A stretch of DNA of 64,000 bases from Deltaproteobacteria bacterium (GCA_052390235.1 JBQTHB010000006.1:256001-320000), one strand, 5' to 3'. Counted from the first letter of the stretch, positions 46,962 through 57,904 are shown. Translations and numbers: made by a program. The notes: generated by a model from the letters alone, not told the origin.

Positions 46962-47771
46962 ATGGCTGAAAAGCAAAGGCTTTTTGCCCCTGTGGGTGAA
47001 AAAGAAGTTACTAGAGCAATAGTCGAGGAGTTTTCAAAGGAATTCTGCGATTACATAACTAGCGACGTTATAGTGGTAGGTTCGGGTCCCAGTGGTCTCG
47101 TAGCCGCTAGGGACATTGCGAAGAAGAAATACAAAGTCGCCCTCGTGGAGAGGATGAACTACCTAGGCGGAGGGTTTTGGATCGGCGGATACCTGATGAA
47201 CAAAATTACAGTAAGAGACCCGGGGCAGAAGGTATTGGATGAGATTGAGGTGCCGTACAGAGAGTTTTCCGAGGGGCTTTATGTCGCCGATGGCCCCTAT
47301 GCCTGCTCAAAACTCATAGCGGCTACCTGCGAAGCCGGAGTCAAAATTATAAATATGACCATGTTCGACGACCTCGTCTATAGAGAAAACGGGCGCGTTG
47401 CAGGGGTGGTCATAAATTGGAGTCCCATCGCCAATATGCCAAAGGAAATCACCTGCCTCGACCCCATTGCGCTTGAGTCAAAGCTGGTCATTGACGCCAC
47501 TGGACACGACGCCTATCTCGTTTCAAGGCTCTCTCAGCAGGGCTTATACAGAAAACTCCCCGGACACGCCTCAATGTGGGTGGAAAAATCCGAAGACGCC
47601 CTTGTTGAACACACCGGAGAGGTCTATCCAGGACTCATCGCCTGTGGAATGTCCGTTAACAGCACCTACGGGCTTCCGAGAATGGGCCCTACGTTCGGCG
47701 GGATGCTACTTTCGGGAAAGAAAGCGGCTGAAGTCGCTATTAATCTGCTGCAGCAGCAGGCAAGAGCGTAA
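46962..47771 (+). CDS. thi4: Thiazole synthase Thi4 (Cys-type)
   Basis: [39 protein letters not shown]. Confidence 0.93.
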   Translation: MAEKQRLFAPVGEKEVTRAIVEEFSKEFCDYITSDVIVVGSGPSGLVAARDIAKKKYKVALVERMNYLGGGFWIGGYLMNKITVRDPGQKVLDEIEVPYREFSEGLYVADGPYACSKLIAATCEAGVKIINMTMFDDLVYRENGRVAGVVINWSPIANMPKEITCLDPIALESKLVIDATGHDAYLVSRLSQQGLYRKLPGHASMWVEKSEDALVEHTGEVYPGLIACGMSVNSTYGLPRMGPTFGGMLLSGKKAAEVAINLLQQQARA

Positions 47772-47804
47772 TCCGAAAACCAGAAATCAATTAAGCCAAT
47801 ATCG

Positions 47805-47843
47805 GCGCGGGGGCGGCTTCTAGTGGCCGCTTCCGCTTTTTTA
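47805..47843 (+). terminator. Terminator after thi4
   Basis: GCGGGGGCGGC...GCCGCTTCCGC followed by TTTTTT. Confidence 0.65.
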
Positions 47844-47888
47844 TTTCGCCCCGTAGCAGCGATGCCAGAGAAGCCGGCGGGAGCGCCG

Positions 47889-48698
47889 CTAGCCAGTATT
47901 AGATTCCCGATGGAGATTATGTCGGTTAGATAAAAGCTCCCTGTGCCTCTCGCACAGATTCCCGCCGAGCTGAACCCTCAGCACCTCTTCCTGCCAATGA
48001 GAATTGTAGAGCGCGCAGGCGGCATCCCCGCAGAATGCCTCTCCTGTGATTCCATATAAAATCGCCTGAAGTGCGTATGATTTCAGCGCATCAGTGGTTC
48101 TAGCGTCGTCGTACTCGATGAACCGCCCCCGGTAGGCGCGGTCAAGGTCAGCGATATCGAGTCCCGCGCGGAGGTACCCGGATTTGGCGATGTAGTATTG
48201 CGTGGGTCTTGCGGGGGCTTCTACAAGCCCAGAGGTTGAAACGAGAGCAGGCACTCCCCCCAGAACGACCCGCGCGTGGTATCGCCCCTCGAACGTGCCA
48301 AAGAGCCTACCCGTGAAAATTAGATGAACCCCGCCGCCTTCAAAACCGCCGCCGAATCTTCGAGCCATAGAGGAGTGGAGAATTCTCTGGAGCCAGAGGG
48401 CGTCGTAAAACGCTCCCCGATAGGAAAAATTGCCCCGGACGCGCTCAATTTCTACGGCGATTTGCGCGTCATCGGCGGGAGACAGCTCATCCCTCGGTGC
48501 CGAGATGTCAGATATTGCCGCTCCTGCGATTTTTCTGGCAGCAGATTCTAATTCACCTGCGCCGCCGGCGGACAAATCAAGTGGACTTCCGCAAAATCGG
48601 GACGAGATACCAAGCCCGCTCAGGAAATCGGCTATTTCCGGTATCGAGAGCGAGGGCGATGGGTTATCGGAATATAGGAACACTCGCGTGGTCATCAT
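47889..48698 (-). CDS. Putative metallopeptidase (DUF6775-like)
   Basis: RYHAR, STSGLVEAPARP, FC....CALYNSHWQEE, LCERH. Confidence 0.7.
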   Translation of the reverse strand: MMTTRVFLYSDNPSPSLSIPEIADFLSGLGISSRFCGSPLDLSAGGAGELESAARKIAGAAISDISAPRDELSPADDAQIAVEIERVRGNFSYRGAFYDALWLQRILHSSMARRFGGGFEGGGVHLIFTGRLFGTFEGRYHARVVLGGVPALVSTSGLVEAPARPTQYYIAKSGYLRAGLDIADLDRAYRGRFIEYDDARTTDALKSYALQAILYGITGEAFCGDAACALYNSHWQEEVLRVQLGGNLCERHRELLSNRHNLHRESNTG

Positions 48699-48826
48699 CA
48701 GAGGATAAGCGAAGTCGCCGTTAGCCCGCTTCAGGCGCAGTCCAAAATCTATTAGCCCCTTGACCTGCCTCAAGAGTACAGAAGCCCAGGCGCGGCTGGC
48801 GCGCCGAGCCGAATGATCTACCAGAA

Positions 48827-49285
48827 TCAAGGGGAAATTTCGGCTATGAGTTCCACCTCCACGGGCGCGCCCAATGGAAGCTCAAACACCCCGACGGCGG
48901 CGCGGGCATGAACGCCTCTATCGCCGAATACATCAAATAGCAGATTTGAGGCGCCGTTGACGACATTCGCCTGCTGAACAAATCCGGGGGCGCTTGCGAC
49001 GTATCCCACAACTTTTACGACCCTTTGCACGCGCTCCAGACTGCCAAGCTCGGCTTTGAGCGCGGCGATTGCGTTTATTGCGGCGACCCTTGCGGCTTCG
49101 GCGGCTTCCTCAAGCGAGACCTCCGCCCCGACCTTGCCCCTGCACAGGAGTTGCCCTGCGCGCATTGGCAGCTGCCCCGACACATAAATCATATTCCCTG
49201 AGACAACGGCGGGCTTGTACGCCCCTATTGGTTTCGGCGGCAGAGTGAGTTCAATGCCGAGTTCCTTGAGCCTATCTTCAACCAC
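48827..49285 (-). CDS. RidA/YjgF family protein
   Basis: YVSGQLP, NGASNLL, HARAAVGV..LP.GAPVEVE. Confidence 0.9.
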   Translation of the reverse strand: MVEDRLKELGIELTLPPKPIGAYKPAVVSGNMIYVSGQLPMRAGQLLCRGKVGAEVSLEEAAEAARVAAINAIAALKAELGSLERVQRVVKVVGYVASAPGFVQQANVVNGASNLLFDVFGDRGVHARAAVGVFELPLGAPVEVELIAEISP

Positions 49286-49286
49286 T

Positions 49287-50738
49287 TTATTGCGCTCCTT
49301 CGATTTTAAGCGGCACATAAATCGTGCTTCGGTCTCTTTTTATGAGAAAAAGCGCGGTCTGCCCGGCTTTTATGGCATCCATCGCCTGCCTATAGTCACC
49401 GAGACCGGACAGGGCTTTGCGGTTTACCTCGATGATAACATCGCCCCTTCGCACTCCGGCATCCCAAGCGGCGCTCCTCTGCTGAACGTCGGAAATTATC
49501 ACGCCGGATGAATTTTCGAGGTTGAGGCGGCGCTGAATCTCAGGGGTGATTTCCTGTACCACGAGTCCGAGGTTTCGCTCGACTTGCTGGCCGGAGGGCG
49601 CGCCCGACGAGGCGACTTTATCCGGCTCCTCGGGAAGCTCCCCAATTCGCACTCTAGCGCTTCTCTCGCCGCTGTCCCTGATGAATTTCACCCTGCCCTC
49701 GGTACCAGGCGAGGTCAAGGCGACGAGCTTTGGCAAATCGGACATCTCTCTAATCCTGCTCTCGTTAAACTCCGTGATGACGTCTCCTCTCTTGAGTCCC
49801 GCTTTCTGCGCCGGGCCTCCTTGGCTCACGTCCGCCACGAGCGCCCCCTCGGCGGATTTAAGATTCATCCCCTGTGCAATTTCCGGGGTAACCTGCTGAA
49901 CTAAAACCCCAATCCAACCGCGGACGACTTTGCCTTTATTCCTAAGCTGGTCTATTACGCTCCGAGTCATGCTCGCAGGTATGGCGAACCCAATGCCCTG
50001 CCCTCCGGCGATGATTGCTGTGTTTACGCCCACGACCTCGCCCTTTAAATTGAACAGCGGGCCCCCGCTGTTTCCGGGATTAATTGCGGCGTCAGTCTGA
50101 ATAAAGTCGTCGTAAGCCCCAAGCCCCAGAGACCTGCCCTTGGCGCTCACGATGCCAGCCGTTACGGTGTGTCCGAGCCCAAAGGGGTTTCCGATGGCTA
50201 CGACCCAGTCGCCGATTTCAAGCGCGTTGGAGCTTCCGAGGGAGACGGCTGGAAGCGGCTTTTTTGCGTCAACTTTGAGAAGCGCGATGTCGGTTTTCGG
50301 GTCTCTGCCTATGATTTTTGCCTTGTACTTTCCTCCGTCTTCAAGTATCACGTCAATGTCGTTCGCCCTTTCAATGACGTGGTTATTGGTGATGATGAAT
50401 CCATCTTGGCTTATGATAAACCCTGAGCCAAGACCGCGCTGTCTGAATTCGCGCTGAGGGATTTCACTTCCGAAGAATTTCTCGAAGAACTCCTCGAACG
50501 GGTCGCCCTCGCCCCCCCCAAACGGGGATTTAAAAGGGGCTCCCTTGCGTATGCTCGTCGTGCTGATGTTGACGACCGAGGGTTTTAGCTTCTTCACCAG
50601 TTCGGAAAAAGAGACTAGGTACTGAGCCTCGGCGCTCTTCTGGGGAAGGTATAGGGAAAAGATGAATAAAGCGATGAAAATTCTGCTTAAATTTCGGGGA
50701 AATCCGCTCATTTCGTGTATTGCCTCCTGATTAGTCAA
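49287..50738 (-). CDS. DegP/DegQ serine protease with two PDZ domains
   Basis: GLGSGFII, TNNHV, IQTDAAINPGNSGGPL. Confidence 0.95.
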   Translation of the reverse strand: MTNQEAIHEMSGFPRNLSRIFIALFIFSLYLPQKSAEAQYLVSFSELVKKLKPSVVNISTTSIRKGAPFKSPFGGGEGDPFEEFFEKFFGSEIPQREFRQRGLGSGFIISQDGFIITNNHVIERANDIDVILEDGGKYKAKIIGRDPKTDIALLKVDAKKPLPAVSLGSSNALEIGDWVVAIGNPFGLGHTVTAGIVSAKGRSLGLGAYDDFIQTDAAINPGNSGGPLFNLKGEVVGVNTAIIAGGQGIGFAIPASMTRSVIDQLRNKGKVVRGWIGVLVQQVTPEIAQGMNLKSAEGALVADVSQGGPAQKAGLKRGDVITEFNESRIREMSDLPKLVALTSPGTEGRVKFIRDSGERSARVRIGELPEEPDKVASSGAPSGQQVERNLGLVVQEITPEIQRRLNLENSSGVIISDVQQRSAAWDAGVRRGDVIIEVNRKALSGLGDYRQAMDAIKAGQTALFLIKRDRSTIYVPLKIEGAQ

Positions 50739-50764
50739 TAAGATATTGCTTCAGGTATTGGCTG

Positions 50765-51622
50765 TCAAGGAAATAATAATCCGCCGAGAGCGGGGGCGAA
50801 GAATAGATACGCGGCGGCGGCGGCGGCGAGAAACGGGCCGTAGGGGATTGCATAAGCCATGCTCTCTTTTTTGTAGAGCATCACGCCGATGCCGACGACA
50901 GTCCCCAGGAGAGAGCTAATGAGGGTTACGAAAATTATACTCTTCCAGCCTAAAAAAGCCCCTATCATGGCGAGGAGTTTTACATCGCCCATTCCCAAGC
51001 CCTCGCGCCCTCTTACGGCTGAATAGATTATGGCAATGATAAGTAAAATCCCTCCGCCGAGCGCCGCGCCCAGAAGGGAGTCGAAAATGGGAATTTCACT
51101 TGCGGCGATAAAAAACCCCACAATATCGAACCGAACCGATGCTAGGAGCGCCGGAGCGCCGCCCCAGTCGGTTCTGAGCGCGCCAAATGCCAAGCCGACT
51201 AAAATCCCCGGAAGGCTTATAACATTCGGGATAATCATCTGTTCGAGGTCTATGAATGTAATTACAATAAGCGCCGAGATGAATACAAAATAAAACGCCG
51301 CATCCGTCCCTACGCCAAAATTCCAGACTAAAAGCGCCGCCATCGCCCCCGAAAGAGCCTCAACCACAGGGTATTGAGCCGAAATCCCGACGCCGCACGC
51401 GCGGCATCTGCCCCGAAGCAGGAGATAGCTCAGCACGGGTACGTTATCGTAGAACCTGATAGGGGCATCGCAGGACGGGCAGTGCGAAGCTGGATACGCC
51501 ACGGATTCCCCGCGGGGGAGTCTCCAGATGCAGACATTGAGGAAACTCCCGATAACCGAGCCTAGGACGAAGGCGCAGAGAAGCAGGGGTAAATCACTGA
51601 GAGCCGGTATGATCTGTTCCAA
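50765..51622 (-). CDS. pilD: Prepilin peptidase / N-methyltransferase
   Basis: GSFLNV, SHCPSC, RCRAC, GMGDVKL, PYGPFL. Confidence 0.93.
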   Translation of the reverse strand: MEQIIPALSDLPLLLCAFVLGSVIGSFLNVCIWRLPRGESVAYPASHCPSCDAPIRFYDNVPVLSYLLLRGRCRACGVGISAQYPVVEALSGAMAALLVWNFGVGTDAAFYFVFISALIVITFIDLEQMIIPNVISLPGILVGLAFGALRTDWGGAPALLASVRFDIVGFFIAASEIPIFDSLLGAALGGGILLIIAIIYSAVRGREGLGMGDVKLLAMIGAFLGWKSIIFVTLISSLLGTVVGIGVMLYKKESMAYAIPYGPFLAAAAAAYLFFAPALGGLLFP

Positions 51623-51632
51623 TGGGATTGTC

Positions 51633-53765
51633 TTACTCCTCGGTGTCGGGAGGGGAAAATTTGCGATTTATCTTATCGGTTATCTCGCCGAGGGCATCGT
51701 CAAAATTAGCCTGCGTGATTTTGAGCGCGCCGCGTTTGCGGTTTATGTGGTCTCTGATGCCGTTCATCGAAGCCCTATGGCATAAAAGCTCCACATCGGC
51801 GCCCGAAAACCCTTTTAGCCTTGCCGTCATACCGGTTAAGTTTACATCCTTTGACAGGGGTTTCATACGCGTGTGAATTTTCAGTATCTCAAGGAGCGCC
51901 TCTCCGTCCGGGTACGGGACGTTTAGAAATAGATCAAATCTGCCGGAGCGCAAAAAAGCCTCGTCAATCAGCTCCGCCCGGTTCGTAGCCGCAAGCGCCA
52001 CAACCCCCCTGAGTTCCTCCACTCCGTCCATCTCAACGAGCAACTGGCTTACCACGCGCTCGGACACCCTTGCCCCGTCCGTATCCCTGCGGGAGGAGGC
52101 AAGAGCGTCAATCTCGTCGAAAAATACGATGCAGGGCGATACCTGCTTTGCCTTTTTAAACACCTCTCTTACGCGCTCCTCGGACTCCCCCACGTACTTC
52201 GACAGAAGCTCCGCGCCCTTAATGGAGATAAAATTAAGACCGCTCTCCTTAGCCAGAGCCTTTGCCAGAAGCGTCTTGCCGCTTCCCGTTGGACCATAGA
52301 GGAGAATTCCCTTGGGGGTTTTCGTGGCGGTGCTTTCAAATAAATCCCTGTATTCAAGCGGCCAGATGACGGCTTCAATGAGTTTTTGCTTGACCTCTCG
52401 AAGCCCGCCGACATCCTCCCATGAGACTTTCGGCACTTCGACAAATATCTCTCTGATAGCGGACGGCTCGACCCCTCTGAGGGCGACAAAGAAATCCTGC
52501 ATCCCGACGGAGAGGGCAATTAAATTATCCGGCGCGCCGGCGGATGCTTCAATGTCAACGCCCTTGATGACTCCTCTAAGCGCGTTTATCGCCGCCTCCC
52601 GGCAGAGGTTTTCAATATCCGCCCCGACGAAGCCGTGGGTGATTTCGGCGAGCCTGTCGAGGTCAATGTCTCTGGAAAGGGGCATTCCGCGGGTGTGAAT
52701 CTCGAATATCTCGAGCCTGCTCTTTTTATCAGGCACATCGAGTACGACCTCTCTGTCGAACCTCCCGGGGCGCCTGAGAGCCGTATCGAGCATATTCGGC
52801 AGGTTCGTAGCCCCGATGACGACCACCCTGCCCCTGTCCTTGAGTCCGTCCATGAGGGCTAGGAGCTGGGCGACGACGCGTTTCTCCACGTCCCCTGATA
52901 CCTTCTCCCTTTTCGGAGCGATGGCGTCGAGCTCGTCAATAAAAATTATTGAGGGCTGGTTGCGCGTTGCGACCTCGAAAATGTCTCTTAGCCTAGCCTC
53001 GCTCTCGCCGTAGAATTTGTGGATTATCTCAGGGCCGTTTACGACCTGGAAATTGGCGTTAGTCTCGCGGGCGACGGCTCTGGCAAGGAGCGTCTTTCCC
53101 GTTCCCGGATGCCCGATGAGCAGAACCCCCCGCGGGGGTTCAATCCCCAGCCGCTCGAACACAAGCGGGTATTTGAGGGGAAGCTCGACGATTTCGCGCA
53201 CCTTGTTTATCTGCTCCCTAAGCCCGCCTATGTCCTCGTAGGTTACGTTATAAGCGCTGAGCTTGATTTTGGGCTTCTTGCGTATCTCGATTTTCGTCGA
53301 GGTTCGGATTACTATGGATTCGGCAGGGATGGTGCCTAGAACCTGAAAATCCTCGATGCGCGCGCTCGTGAGGGCGATTCTCAATTTATCGCCGACTGTT
53401 ACGGGAATTCCGTCGAGCCGGGCGGATAGGTACTGAGCCTCCTCGGAATTGAAGAGCAAATCGCCGTTCATGGGGGACAGCACCACCTTGAGCGCGGACT
53501 CAATTTGGGCTTTTTTCACGAACACTATGTCGTCAATCGCGACCTTGGCGTTCTCCCTCGTTATGGCGTCAATCTCAATAGTAGAGGATTTCCCGCGCGA
53601 CGCCTTTTCGAGAGGCATGACGCGGGCGACGGTTTTCCTCTTTCCGCCGATTTCAATCAAGTCGAGCGCGCCGACTCCGAGCAGGCGCATATCGCCGGGG
53701 TCGAGCTTGGCGTACGCCTTTCCGGTGTCCTTCACAGCGATTTCAGTGGTTTTGAGCGATAGCAT
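51633..53765 (-). CDS. CDC48/VCP family AAA ATPase
   Basis: N-domain plus two AAA modules (GHPGTGKT, GPTGSGKT), YEDIGGL, RRPGRFDRE. Confidence 0.92.
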   Translation of the reverse strand: MLSLKTTEIAVKDTGKAYAKLDPGDMRLLGVGALDLIEIGGKRKTVARVMPLEKASRGKSSTIEIDAITRENAKVAIDDIVFVKKAQIESALKVVLSPMNGDLLFNSEEAQYLSARLDGIPVTVGDKLRIALTSARIEDFQVLGTIPAESIVIRTSTKIEIRKKPKIKLSAYNVTYEDIGGLREQINKVREIVELPLKYPLVFERLGIEPPRGVLLIGHPGTGKTLLARAVARETNANFQVVNGPEIIHKFYGESEARLRDIFEVATRNQPSIIFIDELDAIAPKREKVSGDVEKRVVAQLLALMDGLKDRGRVVVIGATNLPNMLDTALRRPGRFDREVVLDVPDKKSRLEIFEIHTRGMPLSRDIDLDRLAEITHGFVGADIENLCREAAINALRGVIKGVDIEASAGAPDNLIALSVGMQDFFVALRGVEPSAIREIFVEVPKVSWEDVGGLREVKQKLIEAVIWPLEYRDLFESTATKTPKGILLYGPTGSGKTLLAKALAKESGLNFISIKGAELLSKYVGESEERVREVFKKAKQVSPCIVFFDEIDALASSRRDTDGARVSERVVSQLLVEMDGVEELRGVVALAATNRAELIDEAFLRSGRFDLFLNVPYPDGEALLEILKIHTRMKPLSKDVNLTGMTARLKGFSGADVELLCHRASMNGIRDHINRKRGALKITQANFDDALGEITDKINRKFSPPDTEE

Positions 53766-53885
53766 ATAACCAAAATACTACCGAATTCTATCAATCACGG
53801 TCAAGCCTCTGGTTTGAACAACAGGGCGGGGTTAATTATAATTTCACAAAACCTGCGCCGAAGCCGAGTCAATCCGAGCCATAAT

Positions 53886-54977
53886 GTGAAAATCGCCGTA
53901 AAATCCATCACGCTTAAAAATTACAGAAACTATCGCTCGGAAACCCTCTCCTTTCACGAGCGGTTCAATCTCATCTGCGGCGAAAATGCGCAGGGCAAAA
54001 CCAACCTCCTCGAAGCCGTTCACACGCTCTGCACCTTCAGGGCGTTTAAGCAGATAAAAATTGAAGACCTCATTGCGTTCGGCGATGCGGAGGCGCGCAT
54101 CAAAGGCGAGATATTCGCAGACTCCGACCTGAACGAAATCCACATTGCGCTTAGAAAAAACGCCAAAGCCGTAAAGCTCAACGGGAAAATCATTCAGAAC
54201 CTAAGCGGCTTCGGCGGGAGGTTCAACGTGGTCTCGTTTCTCCCCCTGGATTCGGAGCTCGTCAAAGGCTCGCCCCAGGAGAGGAGAAAGTACGCCGACT
54301 CGGTTCTGTGCAACTTCTACCCGGAGCATCTGCGGGATATGAAGGCGTATCTTCGCAGCGTAACCCAGAGAAACGCCCTCTTAGCGCAAGCCGCTAAACC
54401 CTCCGGAGAGATGCTCGATATTTGGAATGGTAAAATCTCAGAGGTCGGCGCGCGCATCATCAAACGCAGAATCGGGTTCATCGAAATATTAGAACCCCTC
54501 GCGCAGGAGCGCTACAGGCTCGTCTCGGGGATTAAGACGGCAGTTGAAATCCTCTATAAAAGCTCCTGCGAAATTGACGGAGATATAGAAAATGCCCTGC
54601 GGCGCGAGCTTGACAGGCGCGTCGGTCTGGACAGAAAGCGCGGATACACCTCAGCCGGACCGCACAGAGACCTCATTGAATTCTCCCTAGCGGGGAGAAA
54701 CGCCCAGACGTTTGCATCCCAGGGGGAGGCGAAAACCCTCGCCGCCGCGCTCAAGGCGGCAGAGATAGCGATGACCGAAACCGCGCTCGAAAAAACCCCG
54801 ATACTGCTCCTAGACGACGTTACCAGCGAACTCGACGGGCGAAGAAGGGGGTTTCTGTTCGAGACCCTGAGGGAGTTTGCGGGGCAGGTTTTCGTTACAA
54901 CGGCAAATCCAGAGGAAATCCCATTCGGCGGAGACAAAAAAACGTTTCGGATAAGGGGCGGGCGCGCAGAGTCATAA
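53886..54977 (+). CDS. recF: DNA replication/repair protein RecF
   Basis: NYRNY, GENAQGKTNLLEA, GPHRD, SQGE, LLLDDVTSELD. Confidence 0.93.
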   Translation: MKIAVKSITLKNYRNYRSETLSFHERFNLICGENAQGKTNLLEAVHTLCTFRAFKQIKIEDLIAFGDAEARIKGEIFADSDLNEIHIALRKNAKAVKLNGKIIQNLSGFGGRFNVVSFLPLDSELVKGSPQERRKYADSVLCNFYPEHLRDMKAYLRSVTQRNALLAQAAKPSGEMLDIWNGKISEVGARIIKRRIGFIEILEPLAQERYRLVSGIKTAVEILYKSSCEIDGDIENALRRELDRRVGLDRKRGYTSAGPHRDLIEFSLAGRNAQTFASQGEAKTLAAALKAAEIAMTETALEKTPILLLDDVTSELDGRRRGFLFETLREFAGQVFVTTANPEEIPFGGDKKTFRIRGGRAES

Positions 54978-55033
54978 GGGGCTAACCCCTTAAGCGGGGG
55001 GTTTTATGGTAAGTTTTAATCGGGAGGGAAATT

Positions 55034-55501
55034 ATGAGCTTACGGCAGAGAATACCGGAGGATATAAAAAGCGCGCTGAAGAATAAAAAAACGGTCGAGC
55101 TTTCGACGCTTCGGATGCTTCAGGCGGCGGTGATAAACAGGGAAATTGATAAAAAAAGGGTACAATCAGGCCTCAGCGACGAGGAAATTATCGAGGTCGT
55201 AGGGACTGAGCTAAAAAAGCGAAAGGAAGCCGCCGAAGCCTTCATCAAGGGCGGAAGAGCGGATTTAGCCGATGGGGAGAGAGCCGAAGCCGAGGTTCTG
55301 ATGGCTTATATGCCCAAGCAGATGACCGATGCCGAGATTCGAGAAGAGGTAATACGGGCAATAGCCGAAGCCGGAGCGAGGAGCGCGGCGGACTTGGGGC
55401 GAGTCATGAGGGCTATAGCGCCGCGCACTAAGGGCAAAGCCGATGGAGCGCTGGTCAATAAAATTGTCAAAGAGGAGTTGGAAAAATCTAGCGCGGGGTA
55501 A
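55034..55501 (+). CDS. GatB/YqeY domain protein
   Basis: LSTLRML, KKRKEA, YMPKQM, GKADG. Confidence 0.9.
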   Translation: MSLRQRIPEDIKSALKNKKTVELSTLRMLQAAVINREIDKKRVQSGLSDEEIIEVVGTELKKRKEAAEAFIKGGRADLADGERAEAEVLMAYMPKQMTDAEIREEVIRAIAEAGARSAADLGRVMRAIAPRTKGKADGALVNKIVKEELEKSSAG

Positions 55502-55615
55502 TCGGGCGTTATGGCGCGCGCGAGGCTAGGTGTGGGGGGGAGCGCTCAAATCCCCGCAGATGAATCGCCTCAACGAGAGGGTCTAGAAAATCAAATCTTA
55601 AGGAGAAGTTACATT

Positions 55616-57439
55616 ATGGCGGCAACTGCTGAAGAGAAATTAACCGGCGCAGAGGGGATTACCTGGAATCTGGGGGATTTATACTCAAGCCTCGACGACC
55701 CGCAAATTGATGCGGACGTCCGCCGGCTGCTCGGCGAGGCAAAGGGGTTTGAGGGGAAGCGCCGGGGTAGAATTAGCTCCCCTGCGATTGACGCGGCGAC
55801 GCTTCTTGAAGCCGTATCAGAACTGGAGGCAATAAGCGAGGGAGTCGGCAGGGTTCTGACCTACGCCTATCTCATTTTTGCCGCCGACACCGCAAACCCC
55901 AAGCACGGGGCGTTTTTGCAGTCCATGCAGGAAAAAGCAACTGAAATTCGCCGCCACATCATGTTTTTCGAGATTGAATGGGTCGCCCTGCCGGACGATG
56001 CCGCGAGCCTACTCATCGAGGATGAAAAGCTCGCCCGCTTTAAACACTTCCTCGAAACCGAGCGGCGCTACAAACCCCACAGGCTCACAGAGGGGGAAGA
56101 GAAAATCCTAGACGAGAAGGCAAACACCGGTGCGCGCGCCTTCCGCCGTCTGTTCGATGAGGTCATAAACAACATAAAATTCAAGGTCTCCATCGGGGGC
56201 AGGGCAAAAATCATGAGCGAGACCGAAGCGCTTGCCATGCTCTACGACTCGGAGAGAAAAACCCGCAAAGCCGCCGCCCTAGGTATCACCAGAGGATTGA
56301 GAGAGAATTCCCACGCGCTGACCTACATCTTTAACACTCTCGTTCAAGACCACGCCTCCACAGACCGCCTCCGCTCGTTTGAACACCCAATGGCGGCGCG
56401 GCACCTCGATAACGAAATTGACAGAGCCACAGTTGACGCCCTTATAACCTCATGCGAACGCAGCTACTCAACCGTGGAGCGATACTACAATCTCAAGAAA
56501 AAACTCCTCGGCATTAAAAATTTCCGCGACTACGACCGCTACGCCCCCGCGCTCGCCGAGAGGAAAACCATACGGTACGCCGAGGCAAAAGAGATTATTC
56601 TCGGCGCATTCGGGCATTTTTCGCCTAGGATGTCGGAGGTAGCATCCGAGTTTTTCAACAAAAACTGGATAGACGCCGAGCTTCGCGCCGGCAAACGCGG
56701 CGGGGCGTTCAGCCACAGCGCCGTTCCGGGAGTGCATCCCTATGTTTTCATGAACTATACGGGAAAAATGAGGGACGTTATGACGCTCGCCCACGAACTG
56801 GGCCACGGGATTCATCAGTACCTCTCGCGGGGGCAGGGATATTTCCAGTGCAACACCCCGCTCACGACAGCTGAGACCGCAAGCGTTTTCGGCGAGATTC
56901 TCGTATTCCATAAGCTCAAAGAATCCGAGCGCGACCCAAGGGCAAGGCTCGCCCTTTTATGCGGCAAATTAGAAGACATATTCGCCACGGTGTTTCGCCA
57001 AGTCGTCCTCACTCGCTTCGAGGAAAAGCTCCACGCGGAACGACGCGCCGATGGGGAACTCACGACTCAGCGCATAAATGAGCTTTGGATAGAGGCGAAT
57101 AAGCCCATGTTCGGCTCGGCAGTGGAGTTGACCGAGGACTACGGCTGGTGGTGGATGTACATACCGCACTTTATCCACTCCCCTTTTTACTGCTACGCCT
57201 ACTCATTCGGGGAACTGCTGGTACTCGCGCTCTACAACAAATACCTAAGCGAAGGAGATGCGTTCGTCCCCCGCTATGTGCAACTCCTCTCCTCGGGAGG
57301 GTCGGATTCGCCTCCCGTTCTGCTCGCGCGCGTGGGGGTGGACATCACAGACCCCAACTTCTGGCAGGGCGGGCTCAATTTGCTGAGCGATATGGTCGAG
57401 GAGGCGGTGGAGCTTGCAATCAGTGAAATCCCCGCTTGA
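55616..57439 (+). CDS. pepF: M3 family oligoendopeptidase F
   Basis: WNLGDLY, GKRGGAF, TLAHELGHGIH, AETASVFGE, HF..SPFYCYAY. Confidence 0.9.
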   Translation: MAATAEEKLTGAEGITWNLGDLYSSLDDPQIDADVRRLLGEAKGFEGKRRGRISSPAIDAATLLEAVSELEAISEGVGRVLTYAYLIFAADTANPKHGAFLQSMQEKATEIRRHIMFFEIEWVALPDDAASLLIEDEKLARFKHFLETERRYKPHRLTEGEEKILDEKANTGARAFRRLFDEVINNIKFKVSIGGRAKIMSETEALAMLYDSERKTRKAAALGITRGLRENSHALTYIFNTLVQDHASTDRLRSFEHPMAARHLDNEIDRATVDALITSCERSYSTVERYYNLKKKLLGIKNFRDYDRYAPALAERKTIRYAEAKEIILGAFGHFSPRMSEVASEFFNKNWIDAELRAGKRGGAFSHSAVPGVHPYVFMNYTGKMRDVMTLAHELGHGIHQYLSRGQGYFQCNTPLTTAETASVFGEILVFHKLKESERDPRARLALLCGKLEDIFATVFRQVVLTRFEEKLHAERRADGELTTQRINELWIEANKPMFGSAVELTEDYGWWWMYIPHFIHSPFYCYAYSFGELLVLALYNKYLSEGDAFVPRYVQLLSSGGSDSPPVLLARVGVDITDPNFWQGGLNLLSDMVEEAVELAISEIPA

Positions 57440-57499
57440 CACTACAGGCGGTTTTCCGACATATTTAGACTCAAGAGAATTCCCCAAAGTGAAGGAGGG

Positions 57500-57904
57500 T
57501 TGACGATGAAAAGACTCAGAACCAGAGTGTCAAGGGTTTTAATAATCGCGCTCATAATAGCGACGTTCGCTCCGGCGGCAGTAATCTCGAAAAGTGCCGA
57601 AGCCGCAATTTCGCCCTCGCAGATGATGACAGCCGAGGGCAAGGCTCAAGCCAGAGGCGTGGACGAGGCAAAGGTGCGAGGGATGCTTGAGAATAAAATA
57701 GTCGCCGAGAGGCTCAAAGCCTACGGTCTTAGCGCGGATGAAATCGCGGCGAAAATGAGCAAAATGTCCGACGAGCAGGTGCATCAGATGGCGGCCCTCT
57801 CGGATAGGATGCCCGCCGGGGGCAACGCCTTGGGATTCGTGATTGGGGTTTTAATCGTTGCCCTGCTCGCGCTTCTCGTAATTTATTTTGCAAAGCGGGT
57901 TTAG
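57500..57904 (+). CDS. PA2779-family protein
   Basis: Signal peptide, L.AYGLS..EI...MSDEQV..MA, PAGG followed by a C-terminal TM and basic tail. Confidence 0.8.
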   Translation: MTMKRLRTRVSRVLIIALIIATFAPAAVISKSAEAAISPSQMMTAEGKAQARGVDEAKVRGMLENKIVAERLKAYGLSADEIAAKMSKMSDEQVHQMAALSDRMPAGGNALGFVIGVLIVALLALLVIYFAKRV

